Source: Haliotis cracherodii (Eukaryota). Taken from it: 64,000 bases of DNA. A program made the position numbers and the translations under genes. Positions 1 through 11,750 of this stretch are shown here, one piece after another; within the stretch, counting starts at the first letter, position 1; every line of letters begins with the position of its first letter. The notes below the pieces were generated by a model. The model was not told where the DNA came from, did no database searches, and saw nothing but the letters and a program-made list of their open reading frames with translations. The stretch is taken from NCBI RefSeq assembly GCF_022045235.1, contig NW_027266297.1:32054001-32118000 (forward strand), in the 5' to 3' direction.

Positions 1-614
1 GTAAAATAGATCCTGCTACTAGCACACAATGACATGTCATTACTGAGATTAAATATTTCTGAATAGTCAGGTCGTTATTTTTTATTGCTTACAAATGAAT
101 GTTAAGTGTATGGGTATCAGTGAGTTTACTACGAGTTTAATATTGTTTTTAACAGTTTAAGATTGATTGGATGATATTGTGAAAGTTTTATATGTTTGTT
201 AAATGTACGAAAAGCGATCAAGTTTTCTAATAAAAGGTCTTTTTGTGACTAATGCTGAATATGACCACAGAATTTATCAAGTGTGTGACATTTGGTGTGA
301 AACTGGGGTTGGTGTGTTAGCTTCCTGTACTCAGACAAAGAGCTGGCTAAGCAAGCCAAACTTTGTGATTTTATTGCAGCTTTATGGACAGACTGAGCAC
401 ACGTGTACACGTCATGGCTGTTGAATGCCTCGTTATTCACAAACAAAAACCGTCACTATAGAAATCTATGAAAATAGACACACAAAAAATTTGGTTGTGT
501 GTAACCTAATCACACCTGACCTTCTTTCGTTCGAGTTAATAATGACCAAGACATTATCCCCTGCAGGTCGGCCACTGTTACTTACACCTCTCGCCAGGTC
601 TACATTGGAATAAA

Positions 615-891
615 GGGGGCACGGGTGGCCCACTCGTCTAAGGCCCCGCGATTCGCTGTGCAGAGTTGCATCCCTTAGGCACGCCAGAAACCTATGATTC
701 TGGGTTCGAATCCCGGTTCGCCCCGATTATGTTTCTAGGTTTGTCAGCACCATACCCGTGCTCGTGGGTTTCACCGAAGTGGTAAACGTCTGAGACCTGC
801 TTCACTTCGGTCTTTCCTCCCACATTAAGCTGATACGCCGTGATATAACTGGAATACTGTTAAAAGCGGCGTCAAACTCAACTCACTCACT
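615..891 (+). mobile_element. tRNA-derived SINE (family 1), full length
   Basis: A-box-like GGTGGCCCACTCGTCTAAGG, B box GGTTCGAATCC, (ACTC)n tail, 12-bp TSD CATTGGAATAAA (603-614 and 892-903). Confidence 0.9.
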
Positions 892-955
892 CATTGGAAT
901 AAACCGTTACAGTAAGGCATTACTGCGAGATGGATGATCAAGTAACACGTAGGCT

Positions 956-1283
956 TGAGGTGAGGTGAGGTGAGATGGGGTGAACTGAGGTGAGGTAAGG
1001 TGAGGTGTGGTTTAACGTCTGCTTGTACAAGCCAGAACTAATACCGGTTTCATAGTGCTAGCTCACTGATATACCATGCCGCTGTTTGACATGAATACCC
1101 CACACAGACATAATATACTGACTCCGAGCCGACCAGTTTAAAATCACCTTAATGCCGAGCGCGAGGTAGGGTAACAACAAGTGCCATCATTTAACGTATT
1201 TTGGTATGACGCGGCCGGGTATCAAGCCACCGACCTTCCGCTCTCCGGGTAGACTGTTTATCCACTAGACTACGGAGGCGGTC
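956..1283 (-). mobile_element. tRNA-derived SINE (family 2, Meta-domain-like)
   Basis: Minus strand reads tRNA-like head, then GCGTCATACCAAAA..TAAATGATGGCACTTGTTG..CTCGGCATTAAGG (recalled MetaSINE core), then a (CCTCA)n tail. A related copy lies at 58780-58970. Confidence 0.7.
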
Positions 1284-1356
1284 ACGAGGCAAGCGACGCA
1301 ATGTGTTAAACACGAACTGTGGCGAATGTGATGGTGGAGATATGTTTTGTGTATCT

Positions 1357-1560
1357 GTTTGTTTGTTATTTAACGCCGCACTCACCAATATTTCAGTTAT
1401 ATGACGGCCGTCTGTAAATAGACGAGTCTGGACCAGACAATTCAGTGATTGACATCATGAGCATCGATCCACGCAACTGGGATACGATAACATGCATGAA
1501 CCAAGTCAGCGAGCCCGACCACCCAGTCCCGTCAGTCAGTTCTTACGACAAGCATAGTCT
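1357..1560 (-). mobile_element. Family 3 retroposon, 5'-truncated
   Basis: Reverse complement of 54773-54970. Confidence 0.8.
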
Positions 1561-1618
1561 ATAAAACGCGAACGCAAGAGAATAACCAGTCTAGATTATC
1601 AGTCGAAACAGAATCCAG

Positions 1619-2839
1619 GGCGAAACCGCATTATCAGTGGTTCATATTGGAAAGGAGGGTGACTCTAATTTCCAACGGGAGCTATCTCCGTTGTTTTCGT
1701 ATTTGCGAGTAATGGCGTCACCCACGCTGTACGTTGTTGCTCCAGCTATTAAATGCCCAGCTTATCCCTCAGGTAAAACGTATGCGTAATTAAATGTTTG
1801 AATGCATTATATATTTATGTTTCCATCCGTACATCTTCTAAGACTGGTTTAGTGGTGATAACCATTTTCTAAAATGTGGGCCCACATCTTTCCCGTCATC
1901 TATGGTGATTGAAACAAGTGGGCCCACATTTGTATTTCGCCTAGCTTCGTTAGGTTGTTTCGTTAGTTCTGATAATCAATCCCTAAATGTGGGCAGACGT
2001 TCTTCCGTCATATTGATTGCAACAGGAGGGACCACATTAAAAAATCGCTAGCTTCATTAGCTTGGCTTACTTATAACCATTTTCTAAAATGTGGCCCCAC
2101 ATTGTTCCCGTCATATATGGTGATCGAAACAGGTGGGCCCACATTTTTAAATCGCTGGGTTTCATTAGGTTGACGAAGTCATTTAGGCTAGTGGGCTCAC
2201 GTTTGTCATTATGTGACATTATATATTATTCATATTTTGTAATATTAATGGGAAATATCTTTATAAATCATTTCGTGTGACATTAATTCCATGGAAGGCA
2301 CAAAAGTCTTTGAAGTTTGAATAACTGCGTCATAGCTGACCACACTAGTTTTACAAAAATAGCTACCAAGCAAGAATTTTAAATCTACTTAAAATCTTTT
2401 TTACAGAGGCAATACCACTCATTCTACTTTTTCCAATATAACACATCAATCTAATCATAAGTGTTGTTAGCGATAAAAGCCTGAAAGTATGTCTACACTT
2501 GAATTGATCTCGGACATGATACAAGCCTCAAACGTTTCCGAGAACTTGTTCCATAAAAGGAATAACTCTTGAATATTAATGACCCCACGACCTAGTTTGG
2601 CGATGTTCGTAGACGTGAGTTCTGCTGTATTGCCATCTTATTTGTACATTTTAATCAAATCATAAGTCATAATACTTATTTTAAAAAGAGAAATTATGAG
2701 TTCGTTATGCGGGTTTGTTTACGTAGTATATATTCTCAACAACAAGTGCGTTTAGTTTCGAATGTGGGCCCACCTCGAACTTTCGATTAGGCAAACGGAG
2801 TTAGCTCCCTTCTCGAACCACCGATAATGCGGTTTCGCC
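1619..2839. mobile_element. Non-autonomous DNA transposon (MITE-like, Merlin-type ends)
   Basis: 25-bp TIRs GGCGAAACCGCATTATC(A/G)GTGGTTC, 8-bp TSD GAATCCAG (1611-1618 and 2840-2847), GG..CC termini. Confidence 0.85.
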
Positions 2840-3115
2840 GAATCCAGTTTGCGTAAAAGGCAAAATAGCCATGAAAATTATATGAATGGAAACGTATATA
2901 TGTATTACCTTGTTGCAAGCTAGACTGCATCCAATGGGATTCAGAGTCGAGTCGTTACCCAGTATATCATCTGTAGCAACGCCGTTAGGAAATAGGGTTC
3001 GATTGCTTGGTTGTTCTCAGTGATGCAGCTGGAATATTGCTGATACAGAATAGACACAGAAACAACTACACAAAGCGTTAGATAAAGGGATAAGAGACGA
3101 ATTAATCCACAATAA

Positions 3116-3862
3116 GTTCGTACTGCGCCATGCTTCGTACTGCTTCATACCTCGCACTGCTTCGTGCTTCATACTTGCTCGTGCTTCGTACTGCTTCGCA
3201 CATTTTGCTTCGTACTGCTTCTTGCTTCATACTGCATCAAGCTTCGTACTGCGTCATGCTTCGTTCTGATTCATGCTCCGTTCTGCTTCTTGCTTGGTAC
3301 TGCTCTATACTTCGTGCTGCGTGATGCTTCGTACGGTTTCGCGCTTCGTACTGCTTCATGCTTCGTACATCCTCGTATTTCGTTCTGCTTCGTGCTTCGT
3401 GTTGCTCCATGCTTCGTACTACTTCGTGCTTCTTGCTTTGTACTGATTCTTGCTTTGTACTGCTTCATGTTTCGTACTGCTTCTTGCTTCGTACTGCTTC
3501 ATGCTTCGTAATTCTATGCGCTTCGTGTTGCTTCATACGTCCTACTTCCTCGTGCTTCTCGCTGTTTTGTGCCTCATACTGCTTCATGCTTCTTGCTTCG
3601 TACTCCTTCATGCTCGTCCTGCTTCGTGCTTTGTACTGCTTCATGCTTCTTGCTTCGTATTGCATCGAGCTTCGTACTGCCTCTTTGTTGGTTAAGCTCC
3701 ATGCTTCCTGCTTATGCTTTATCTTTCGTACTGCTTCGAGCTTCGTACTGTTTCATGCTTTGTACTGCTCCATGCTTCGTACTGCTTAATGATTCATACT
3801 GCTTCATGCTTCGTATTGTTTCGCGCTGCTGCGTTCTTCGTAATACTTCGTACTTCGTAGCT
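3116..3862. repeat. Degenerate satellite of GCTTCGTACT/GCTTCAT subunits (~17-bp unit)
   Basis: Direct tandem iteration. It explains the Cys/Leu/Phe-rich spurious ORFs. Confidence 0.9.
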
Positions 3863-3899
3863 TGGTGCTATTGTGCTTGACTAGATAAAAATCCATACA

Positions 3900-4930
3900 A
3901 AGAGAGAAATATAGCTGGGTCCATCAAATATACCACCAACTACTTTTCGCAAAGATGTAACCATAGGTCTAAATACCATCAAGGAATGACTTTCTACATA
4001 TTCACAGACAGTATTTGAAACAGGAGGAATTAAAACCATGTGGATTCTCAAAATCTCAAATTAATTACTTGAATCTCATAAAAGAACCAAGTTCAATCAT
4101 GTCAAAACATTTGACTTTGTACACCACTATCCCGCATTACAAACATAAAAATGTAATTCCTGGATCTATGGGGTATTTGCACTAAACTTAGTGACCATAG
4201 ATATATCTCCAAAGGTTCAGGAAATTGTCACAAATTGAAGCAAATGACATTAAAGTTTACGGAGAAAACAATATGAGAAAACTGCGCTTTCTCTCAGATG
4301 ACATCCATGTGAAAGGCCGGATTAGGACATTCGGGCAAGAAGTTGGCATCCCCATGGGCACCAATTGTGATTCCCTTCTTGCTCGTCTGTTTCTTCATAC
4401 TTACGCGTCAGAGTTTCGTCTCCGATTGTCAAAAGTAATACAAGGGAATCGACCAAGAAGCTCAACTTCAGCTTCGGGTATATCGATGATCTGATATCTC
4501 TCAATAATTCTCAATTAGCTAATTCCCTTCCTTCGTGTGAAGCCGCCTCATTTATTTCATATTTAGAGTGAGAAAAACTATCCAAAAGACCGTATGATAA
4601 GAGGGATGATTTCAACTTTCAAATAGTCTACTTTCCCTTTATGTCGAAAAATATTCCAGCAGCTCTAGCCTTTAATGTCTACATTTCGCAATATTTTAGG
4701 TATAATCGAGTGTGTTCCTTCCAAGAAATATTCAAAGAACGTCATACAACTCATGCTAGAATGGTGTGATCAAGATGACAACATTGATGTCCGATGCAGT
4801 TCTCTATTTTAACTTGTACGATATGTTCCCGGTTTTTTTCCAAGTGACTTGCCTTTGCATGTGTTTGCGACGGGTGTCACCTGCGGAGCTGGACATACTC
4901 AATATTTCGCGAACACCTGGTATCCTCAAC
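3900..4930 (+). pseudogene. Penelope-like retroelement reverse transcriptase relic
   Basis: QEVGIPMGTNCDSLLARLFLHTY, FGYIDDLISLNN (~4474) and YDKRDDFNFQIVYFPF (~4595) lie in different frames, with stops and frameshifts. Confidence 0.8.
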
Positions 4931-5199
4931 ATTTGAAACAGACTCATAAACACATGGTTATGATACTGCTGGATTCATCAGTGGGCTTTGCTTTTTGTGG
5001 ACATTTTCTTACCATGATTATGAAAAATGGTTTTATTTATGTACGATTCTCCCCACACGTGCGTCTAAGGCTCACTCTCAGTGGCGCAGTGAAGTGTAGA
5101 GAGTTTAAACAACATGTGCCATACTTACTTTACGGAGTCACTACATCGTACAAATTAAGTTACAACATAAATATATATAACCATCATTGTTACCCTTTA

Positions 5200-6640
5200 G
5201 TTGCATTAAATTGCTTGTACTATATAAGATTACATTATATGACATACGAACATCCATTAAATGCATGTTATTAACCTTAATGTTTTGCAGCTGATTATGG
5301 TACTTTTTATAAGGTATTAACATTTTTATGGTTCTTTTACCGCGCATCTTCTCAAGGTGGAGTAAAGTCCAATGTACTTCTGTTCGTTTACATAACTGTT
5401 TTATTCAATTCTCATCACTATAATAGTTTAGATTTATATGACCTGCGAATAATGATAAATGCACCCACCGCGCTAATAATTTTGTCATCATGATTGTTTT
5501 CGTTTTCTTGTTATATTACAACGGGTCAGCCCAATGTGGGACTTCGTGGACTCTTACCATTTGGTCGATCATGAAACACACAAGCATGGGGTCGGTACTG
5601 AGAGACCAAGGGTCATAATCGGGACGAATCTTAAATCCATATAAACGAGCAACAGATCCTGACGTACTGGTACGCGGTGTGAACATTAAACATTTGAGAA
5701 TCAAAGACTTCCTTAACATCTTGCGACCGAACATCACTGCACCTTTATTGTTGTCATTGCTTTTTGTCAACGAAATATCGTATTGATATTGTGGTTGTGT
5801 TAATATTCGTTGTGGTGTCTTTACTCAAATTGTGTATTCATGGGGAAACTGAGAGGATGTATGTCCATAGTACAACACAATTACGTGATATGTGTGTTTC
5901 TTTCAACTAGCAATGCAGAATGTATGTTCGATGCATTAATGTTATTAATGTAACATTGATTATTTGTTTGTCTATCCACATATGCTGAAAACAATCTTTA
6001 GCTAATGTCTTTACTCAGACGAGGGTGCGTATGGCTGTGATATGAATGAGTGTTGCCTCAGACCCAAGTCAGGGTGCCTTTAATGATATTGAATCGAAAA
6101 AAGATAACCAATGGTCTTAGTTGTGTGAAACGTGTCATGTCATTGGGGTACGACGACACACTCCTGTAAGAATACATTGTCAATGAAAATAAACAACACG
6201 CAAGCCTTAATAGTGTGTTTTATTCCTTTCTATTCTAATATTGCACATGTTACAAAGTGGGACAAAATCAATGAATGAGTTTCATTGACACCATAATATA
6301 AACAATTAAATATGCACGTTTCACAAACCAGACCAATAACGATAATCAGTCTCAATCATTCGGTAGAACACACTTTTCAGTCACGCACTGTAATGACACA
6401 TCATGCCCTCTCATTCGCACTGGGGATCTGGCAAGTGGCATAATATGACATTTGATCTCGATGTTTTCGATTTGATCTCTAGTCAAATACTCATGATCAC
6501 TTATATCACGGTAGTTTACAGTAAGTCCTTTGAAATATGACATCTTAAGAAAAACGTCCTTATCTCACTATATATTAGGATATGTCAGAAACATTCTATA
6601 CTTTGTCTGATGAAATTGTGCTGCCTTGTTTGAACACATA
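5200..6640 (-). pseudogene. Remnant of a sixth array copy: last ~14 codons, stop, 3' UTR and downstream flank only
   Basis: 6596-6639 encodes ..VFKQGSTISSDKV* as in the intact copies. 6140-6595 is a diverged 3' UTR with AATAAA at ~6218-6223. The sequence joins directly to upstream spacer (atgttggtatctttgaca). Confidence 0.8.
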
Positions 6641-7977
6641 ATGTTGGTATCTTTGACACTGTTTGTCAATGTATTTCAGGAATAGAAACAGTTGTTTTCA
6701 TAATCAATATAGGACGCGAAGTATCTTTTTTTCACGAGACTGCAACTGGTAATACTTTTCAAAAAGCTCTTTTCCCTTACATGTAAAAAATATTTACTTT
6801 TATTTCAACTCCCGAGAATACGTTTTAAAAATATATCAATAAATTGTTATTCAAGATAACAACATTGACCAGTTTTCATGACATATATTTATAATACTCT
6901 TGCGACCAGATTTGATGTGAAGTATCTGCCGTACTACCGTGGCCAGTTTCCTTGATATATACAGCTGGAAAAGAATTTAAGCATTACATGTTTCATGTTT
7001 TCATATATCCTGAACTACCGTTTATCGTTGGGAGATATTTACACATGACATTGATTTCATTTTGATGAAAGTTGAAGAAAACGCCGATGTCTGCTATGAA
7101 GTCAGTTCAAGAGAATGCCATATCGTAAAATGCAAAGAAGTTGAAGCAAATGAAAGGGTTGTCACATAATTATTTCCACAGAACAGTTACAAAACATGTT
7201 ACTAGATTATCGATTTCCGTTTCTGTGTTTCAGTTTGGGCTTGTCGATATGTAAAAAATAAAGGGGTTTCGTAAGAACATTAATACCGGATGCGATTTTG
7301 AAACATGCAGTGTTTTCCATGATATATGTCGGAAACAAAATAAACGTTGCTCCGTTTCATAACATTAATCTAAGCATGAACACTTTCTGGTCTTTTAAAA
7401 GTTATAAAAACGTATGATTTATAACATGTTGATATACATCTTCCGACATGGAAAGGTGGTGATTGTACATTCAGGAAATGCGTTCACGACTTGAGGAACA
7501 TATCTCTCCAACACGTTGTTTACCTTCGTTTCTCCTCACACGTGAGTCTAGGACTCGGTTTCATTGAGTAGCGCAGTGTAGTGAAGCGAGTTTAGAAAGA
7601 ATGTGTGACGTATTTACATCGCGGATTGTTATGCTCAGTCAGCAGTTCTCCTGTCCATGCAACAACATTACACACCGATGTAATTTTCAAACTCAATACA
7701 TTAGATGCAGAGAACAGGAATAGCAAATCAATGCAAATTTTGACTAAATAATGCATGCAAAATGTGCAGTAAATACATTGTACACAATTGAGATGAAACA
7801 TAAATACATTATATATTCGTTTGACTATGTAAGTTAAAAGTATGTGAATTACGAACATACATAAGATGTATTTTGGTCCTTTTTATTATGTCATCGCGTT
7901 ATTTATTCACCTAATGCGTGTATTCATGTATTTACATTTGTAATATTATAAAACTGCGCATCATCTCAAGGTGGGAG

Positions 7978-8052
7978 TGAGTGAGTGAGTGAGTGAGTGA
8001 GTGAGTTGGGTTTAACGCCGCTTTTAACATTATTCCAGTCATATCACGGCGT
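7978..8052 (-). mobile_element. 5'-truncated family 1 SINE tail (also at 13878-13952 and 19780-19838)
   Basis: (GAGT)n + tail sequence, flanked by the TSD TCAAGGTGGGAG. Empty sites at 25585 and 31926. Confidence 0.85.
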
Positions 8053-9202
8053 TCAAGGTGGGAGGACAGCCCAATGCATTTCAGATATGCCAGGTTACAA
8101 TATAGGAGTTTAAACTCATATGACGTGTGAATATGAATAAATGCACGTGAGTGCTCATAGCTGGATCATATTATATATATGAATTTCTGTTTGTTTCTGG
8201 TTACTTTACATTCCAGCACGTCAGCTTAATGTGGAAGTTCGTTGACGGTTAATATTTGGTGAAACACACGAGCATGGTTATGGCACTGACAGATTCTAAT
8301 TTACGACCAGACGATCCTGACACGGACCTTAAATAAAAACGAATAAAACACAACCTCTTTCAATATTCGTAAGAAAACTGCTGAATAGTACTTGATCATT
8401 GATTTCACGGATCAATATCCTGTAGTCGAACATCACTGCACCTTTGAGCTAGAAATGCAGTAACTTATTGACAGGCGCTCAAAAGTCCCAAAAATGTTGT
8501 CAGCGAAATATCATGCTGGAAATCGTAACAACAAGAACGGCTGTTCGTTTTGTTCCTTAAAATGTCTTTACTCAAAGAGATATGGAAGTCGGTTCTGGAT
8601 ATGGGGGGTTGTGATATGACTGAATGTTGCTATATGTCCATGTCAGGGCGCATTCAATGAAACTGAATCGAGAAAAGGGAAAGTTGAGGTCTTCAGTGTG
8701 AAACAAACGCAACGTTTCGGGGGCAGGAGGACGCACTCTTGTAAGTAGACATTTTCAAAGAAAGTAAAGTACATGCAAGTCTTATTTGTTTGTTTTATTC
8801 ATTCCTATTCTGATATTGCACATGTTAAAATGAAGTATAGATTGACGGTCAATGATTGATAGGAATTTATATACATCGTAATATAAACAATCAAATATAT
8901 ACAACGTTTCACATAACAGGAAAATAACATTCATCTGTCCATCATTCGGTAGAACACACACATTCTCAGTCACGCACTTTAATGACACATCATGCCCTCT
9001 CATTCACATAAAATATCTGGCAAGTTGTATGATATGAGATTCGATCTCGATGTTTTTCATAGTTATATACTTATGAATTTGGCCTCTTATGTGCCAGTGT
9101 TTTCCAGAATGTCCTTTGATATATGGCATGTTAAACAAACCGTCCATATCTCCGTATCTGTTAGCATATATAACAGAATGTGCGTCAGTGTTCAGAAACA
9201 TT

Positions 9203-11093
9203 CTATACTTTGTCTGATGAAATTGTGCTACCTTGTTTGAAAACATGTCGAGCAGTAGATCGTGATCTCCTCAGACGCCTCCAAGCGTAGTCATAGGACT
9301 TTAGCATGGAGGCTGTTTTGACGTGGTATAATGCTCTTCTGTACACCACCCTCCGCATATAGACACTGCAGTCCTGAGACACAACGTTGTTCACCTGAGC
9401 TCTGACAAGTTTGTTTCCAAGAAGCCGTGTTTCCCATTTAACATTATCGGGAATATAGTGGCAGAACTTACTGAATACCACACACCTTCGTCCGTACCGG
9501 ATGGACTGAACACCGATCTCATAGAGAGCTGGCTTATTGTTCTCAGACTTGAAGATTGTCTTCTTTCTGAAACCGGGGTTGGCACCCCGCCTTTTCTCCC
9601 ACTGCGCATCCTGTTTGAGTGGAACGTCAGGAGAGATAACTTTGACCCACGGTGACCAGTCCATGTTTCTTAAGCTGAAGTTGTTCTCAAAAACTTCCTC
9701 TCTTCTCAGAAGAGGTGTCACAAATTTTGTAGGTTTCTGAAATAATACATTATATATAGTGAGTCCATTTAGAAATGGACATATCTTTAAAGTTCCTCAA
9801 GGGTACAACTTTAATCGATAAATGCCATCGTTATCAGCAGTATAAGAAAGAAATGAACAACTGTATATGTCATTATCACTTGGGAAGAAACATGTCTGAA
9901 ATATACCTTCAGTGATTTAGTTCCTGGTCTTCTGGTGGATTTAGGTTTGGCCTTTCGAACTGCTGTGATTGATATAGTTTTCTTTAAGGTGGGGATCTTC
10001 ACATCTTTCTTACTGCAACCGGTTGTGGTCTTCTTTGGCGATGACAGAGAGGCTACTCCATCACGTAGTGAGGTAAACATTCCTTCCATGTCTTTGCTGA
10101 GGGCACCTTCACCACAACGAGTTCGAACTTCTTTCTCATACACCTGAAATGACATATACAAATGTCAAAACAGGAATACACGGAAAACATATTCGGTAAG
10201 GAAAGTAAACTAAATATATTATGACAAATATATATGTTTATGAACCAAATTATCGAAGAGCAAGCTTACATCAAACATATCTGCCCCGTGCTCCCTGTAG
10301 CAGATGGCCATGAGGAAGTCGAAGACATTGGAAAAGCTGTCGAGTTGAAGATGGCGTCCCCCTGTCTCCTGGGACATTCTCTTGTAGAATTCCATGCTGC
10401 CACATCCACGCTCTACCCCATATATCTTCACTCCCTGGAAACGAATGGGATGTTTCAATGTATTTACTGTACATTTGACTTATGTTAGCATGATGCAATT
10501 CTGAGTGAACTCGATTTGTATCATCCCCAACTGACAATCAAACTCAAAATGCAATTCGATATTGTATTGAGAATTTGAATCTCTTGAAAAATAGCATTTC
10601 TTAGTGATGTTAAGAATTTAATTTGGCTAAAGTAAAATTAGCTCACCATTTTATTGAGAGTTTGAATCTCCTCCCTCCAGTCTATCTTGAGTTTGTTGTC
10701 GGGGTAGTCTGGTTCATGGGGGTTGGCATCCCCGATCATGACGAGAGCACGATTGGATCCGGGAGTCCATGACAACTCCTCACCAACTTGTCTGAGAACA
10801 AGTTCGTAACATTCGTCCGAGTCTCCGCCTCCAGTGCTGCTGACGTTGTTTACAAAGTCACATAGTTCCTTAACGTCTGTGGAAAAGTCGATCCACTTTG
10901 TTACGTAGTTGTGTTTGTCACAATAGTCCCCGTGTGCGAAGACGGCAATTCTGATGGCGGGGATGTCAGCCTGGAGCCGCTGTATCATGTCCTGGAGTCG
11001 ACCTCTGACTTCGACGAGACAGCTGCTCATGGAGCCGGTTGTGTCAAAGGAGAAGACAATCTCCGGAAGTCCACCAGGAGGAAGCAAAGCCAT
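9203..11093 (-). CDS. VWA domain + Lys-rich linker + ET/HRT-like GIY-YIG-fold domain protein, copy 1 (subtype A), 460 aa
   Basis: Spliced CDS join(11093..10647,10434..10270,10143..9907,9736..9203), all GT-AG with phase-0 coding introns (149+55+79+177 aa). VWA motifs IVFSFDTTGSM, AHGDYCD, TGGGD, LVMIGD, ETGG. C-terminal motifs WSPW, PALYEIGV, ETRLL, YDYAW. Non-coding exon 1 at ~11653..11542. AATAAA at 8799..8794. Confidence 0.9.
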
Positions 11094-11650
11094 GTTGAAT
11101 CTGTTGAAATATTCAGAACAATTGAGTGTACATGTATACAAGAAGTTTTACTTTTGAAATTGATACAGCTTTATAACCATTAACTCTGGCAGTGTAAATA
11201 TAAAAATGTCTTGAAAATCCATCTTTTGGTTCATTTTAATTTTAATGTTTATATTCTCAAGTAAATTTAATAATTTCAATTTTTAATAAAGTCAATTCAG
11301 AAACAAGAATGTTGGTTTCTTTAAAATATTTGCAAAGGTTATTTCCGTAAGTATGCTATAATTTATTAGCATTTTATAGATATAGAAAAATGTGTTCAGG
11401 TTATAAATACATATGATTTAATAATTTACGCTTTTCTTATAAAATAGATATAGATGTGTAATTTATTTGGCGACGATTTCCTCGCTGTTATCAGACCCAG
11501 TACTATATACATCATCACTGTTAATATGTTCCTCAAATTACCTTTTTTGAAGGTGACAGTAGTAATATAGTTCTTTTGCTATATTTCCACGCCGCTGTCA
11601 GACGTAGTTTATATATATTCAAGTCTTTCAACTGTAGTGTATGTCACTGG

Positions 11651-11750
11651 ACTGATCTTACTCAGCAGCCCGCTCGCTTTTATACTGGCTGAGAGGCGAT
11701 CAATGGGAGCTCGCTGAGACTTGTCTTGGTTGGCATGTTTAGACCTGTTC
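11651..11750 (-). promoter_or_regulatory. Core promoter of copy 1: TATAAAA + Inr (TCAGT) + p53-family half-site cluster
   Basis: TATAAAA at 11684..11678, TCAGT at 11655..11651 (31 nt spacing), RRRCWWGYYY-like decamers at 11717, 11731 and 11741. Confidence 0.75.

Noticed and set aside
615-725. tRNA genes here and at 40582
   Set aside because: They are SINE heads continuing into repeat bodies found elsewhere in the window; the 615 copy has a tail and TSD. No clean cloverleaf.
3130-3880. Cys/Leu/Phe-rich ORFs
   Set aside because: Translations of a stop-poor satellite, open in several frames.
8782-9246. Short ORFs repeated beside each gene copy, and antisense ORFs over exons
   Set aside because: They lie in the 3' UTR or are exon shadows. 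They recur only because of the duplication and gain stops in other copies.
10638-11141. ORF-track starts and ends for the VWA and last-exon ORFs as separate genes
   Set aside because: The extensions are intron read-through. Conserved GT-AG sites join them into one CDS starting MALLPPGG.
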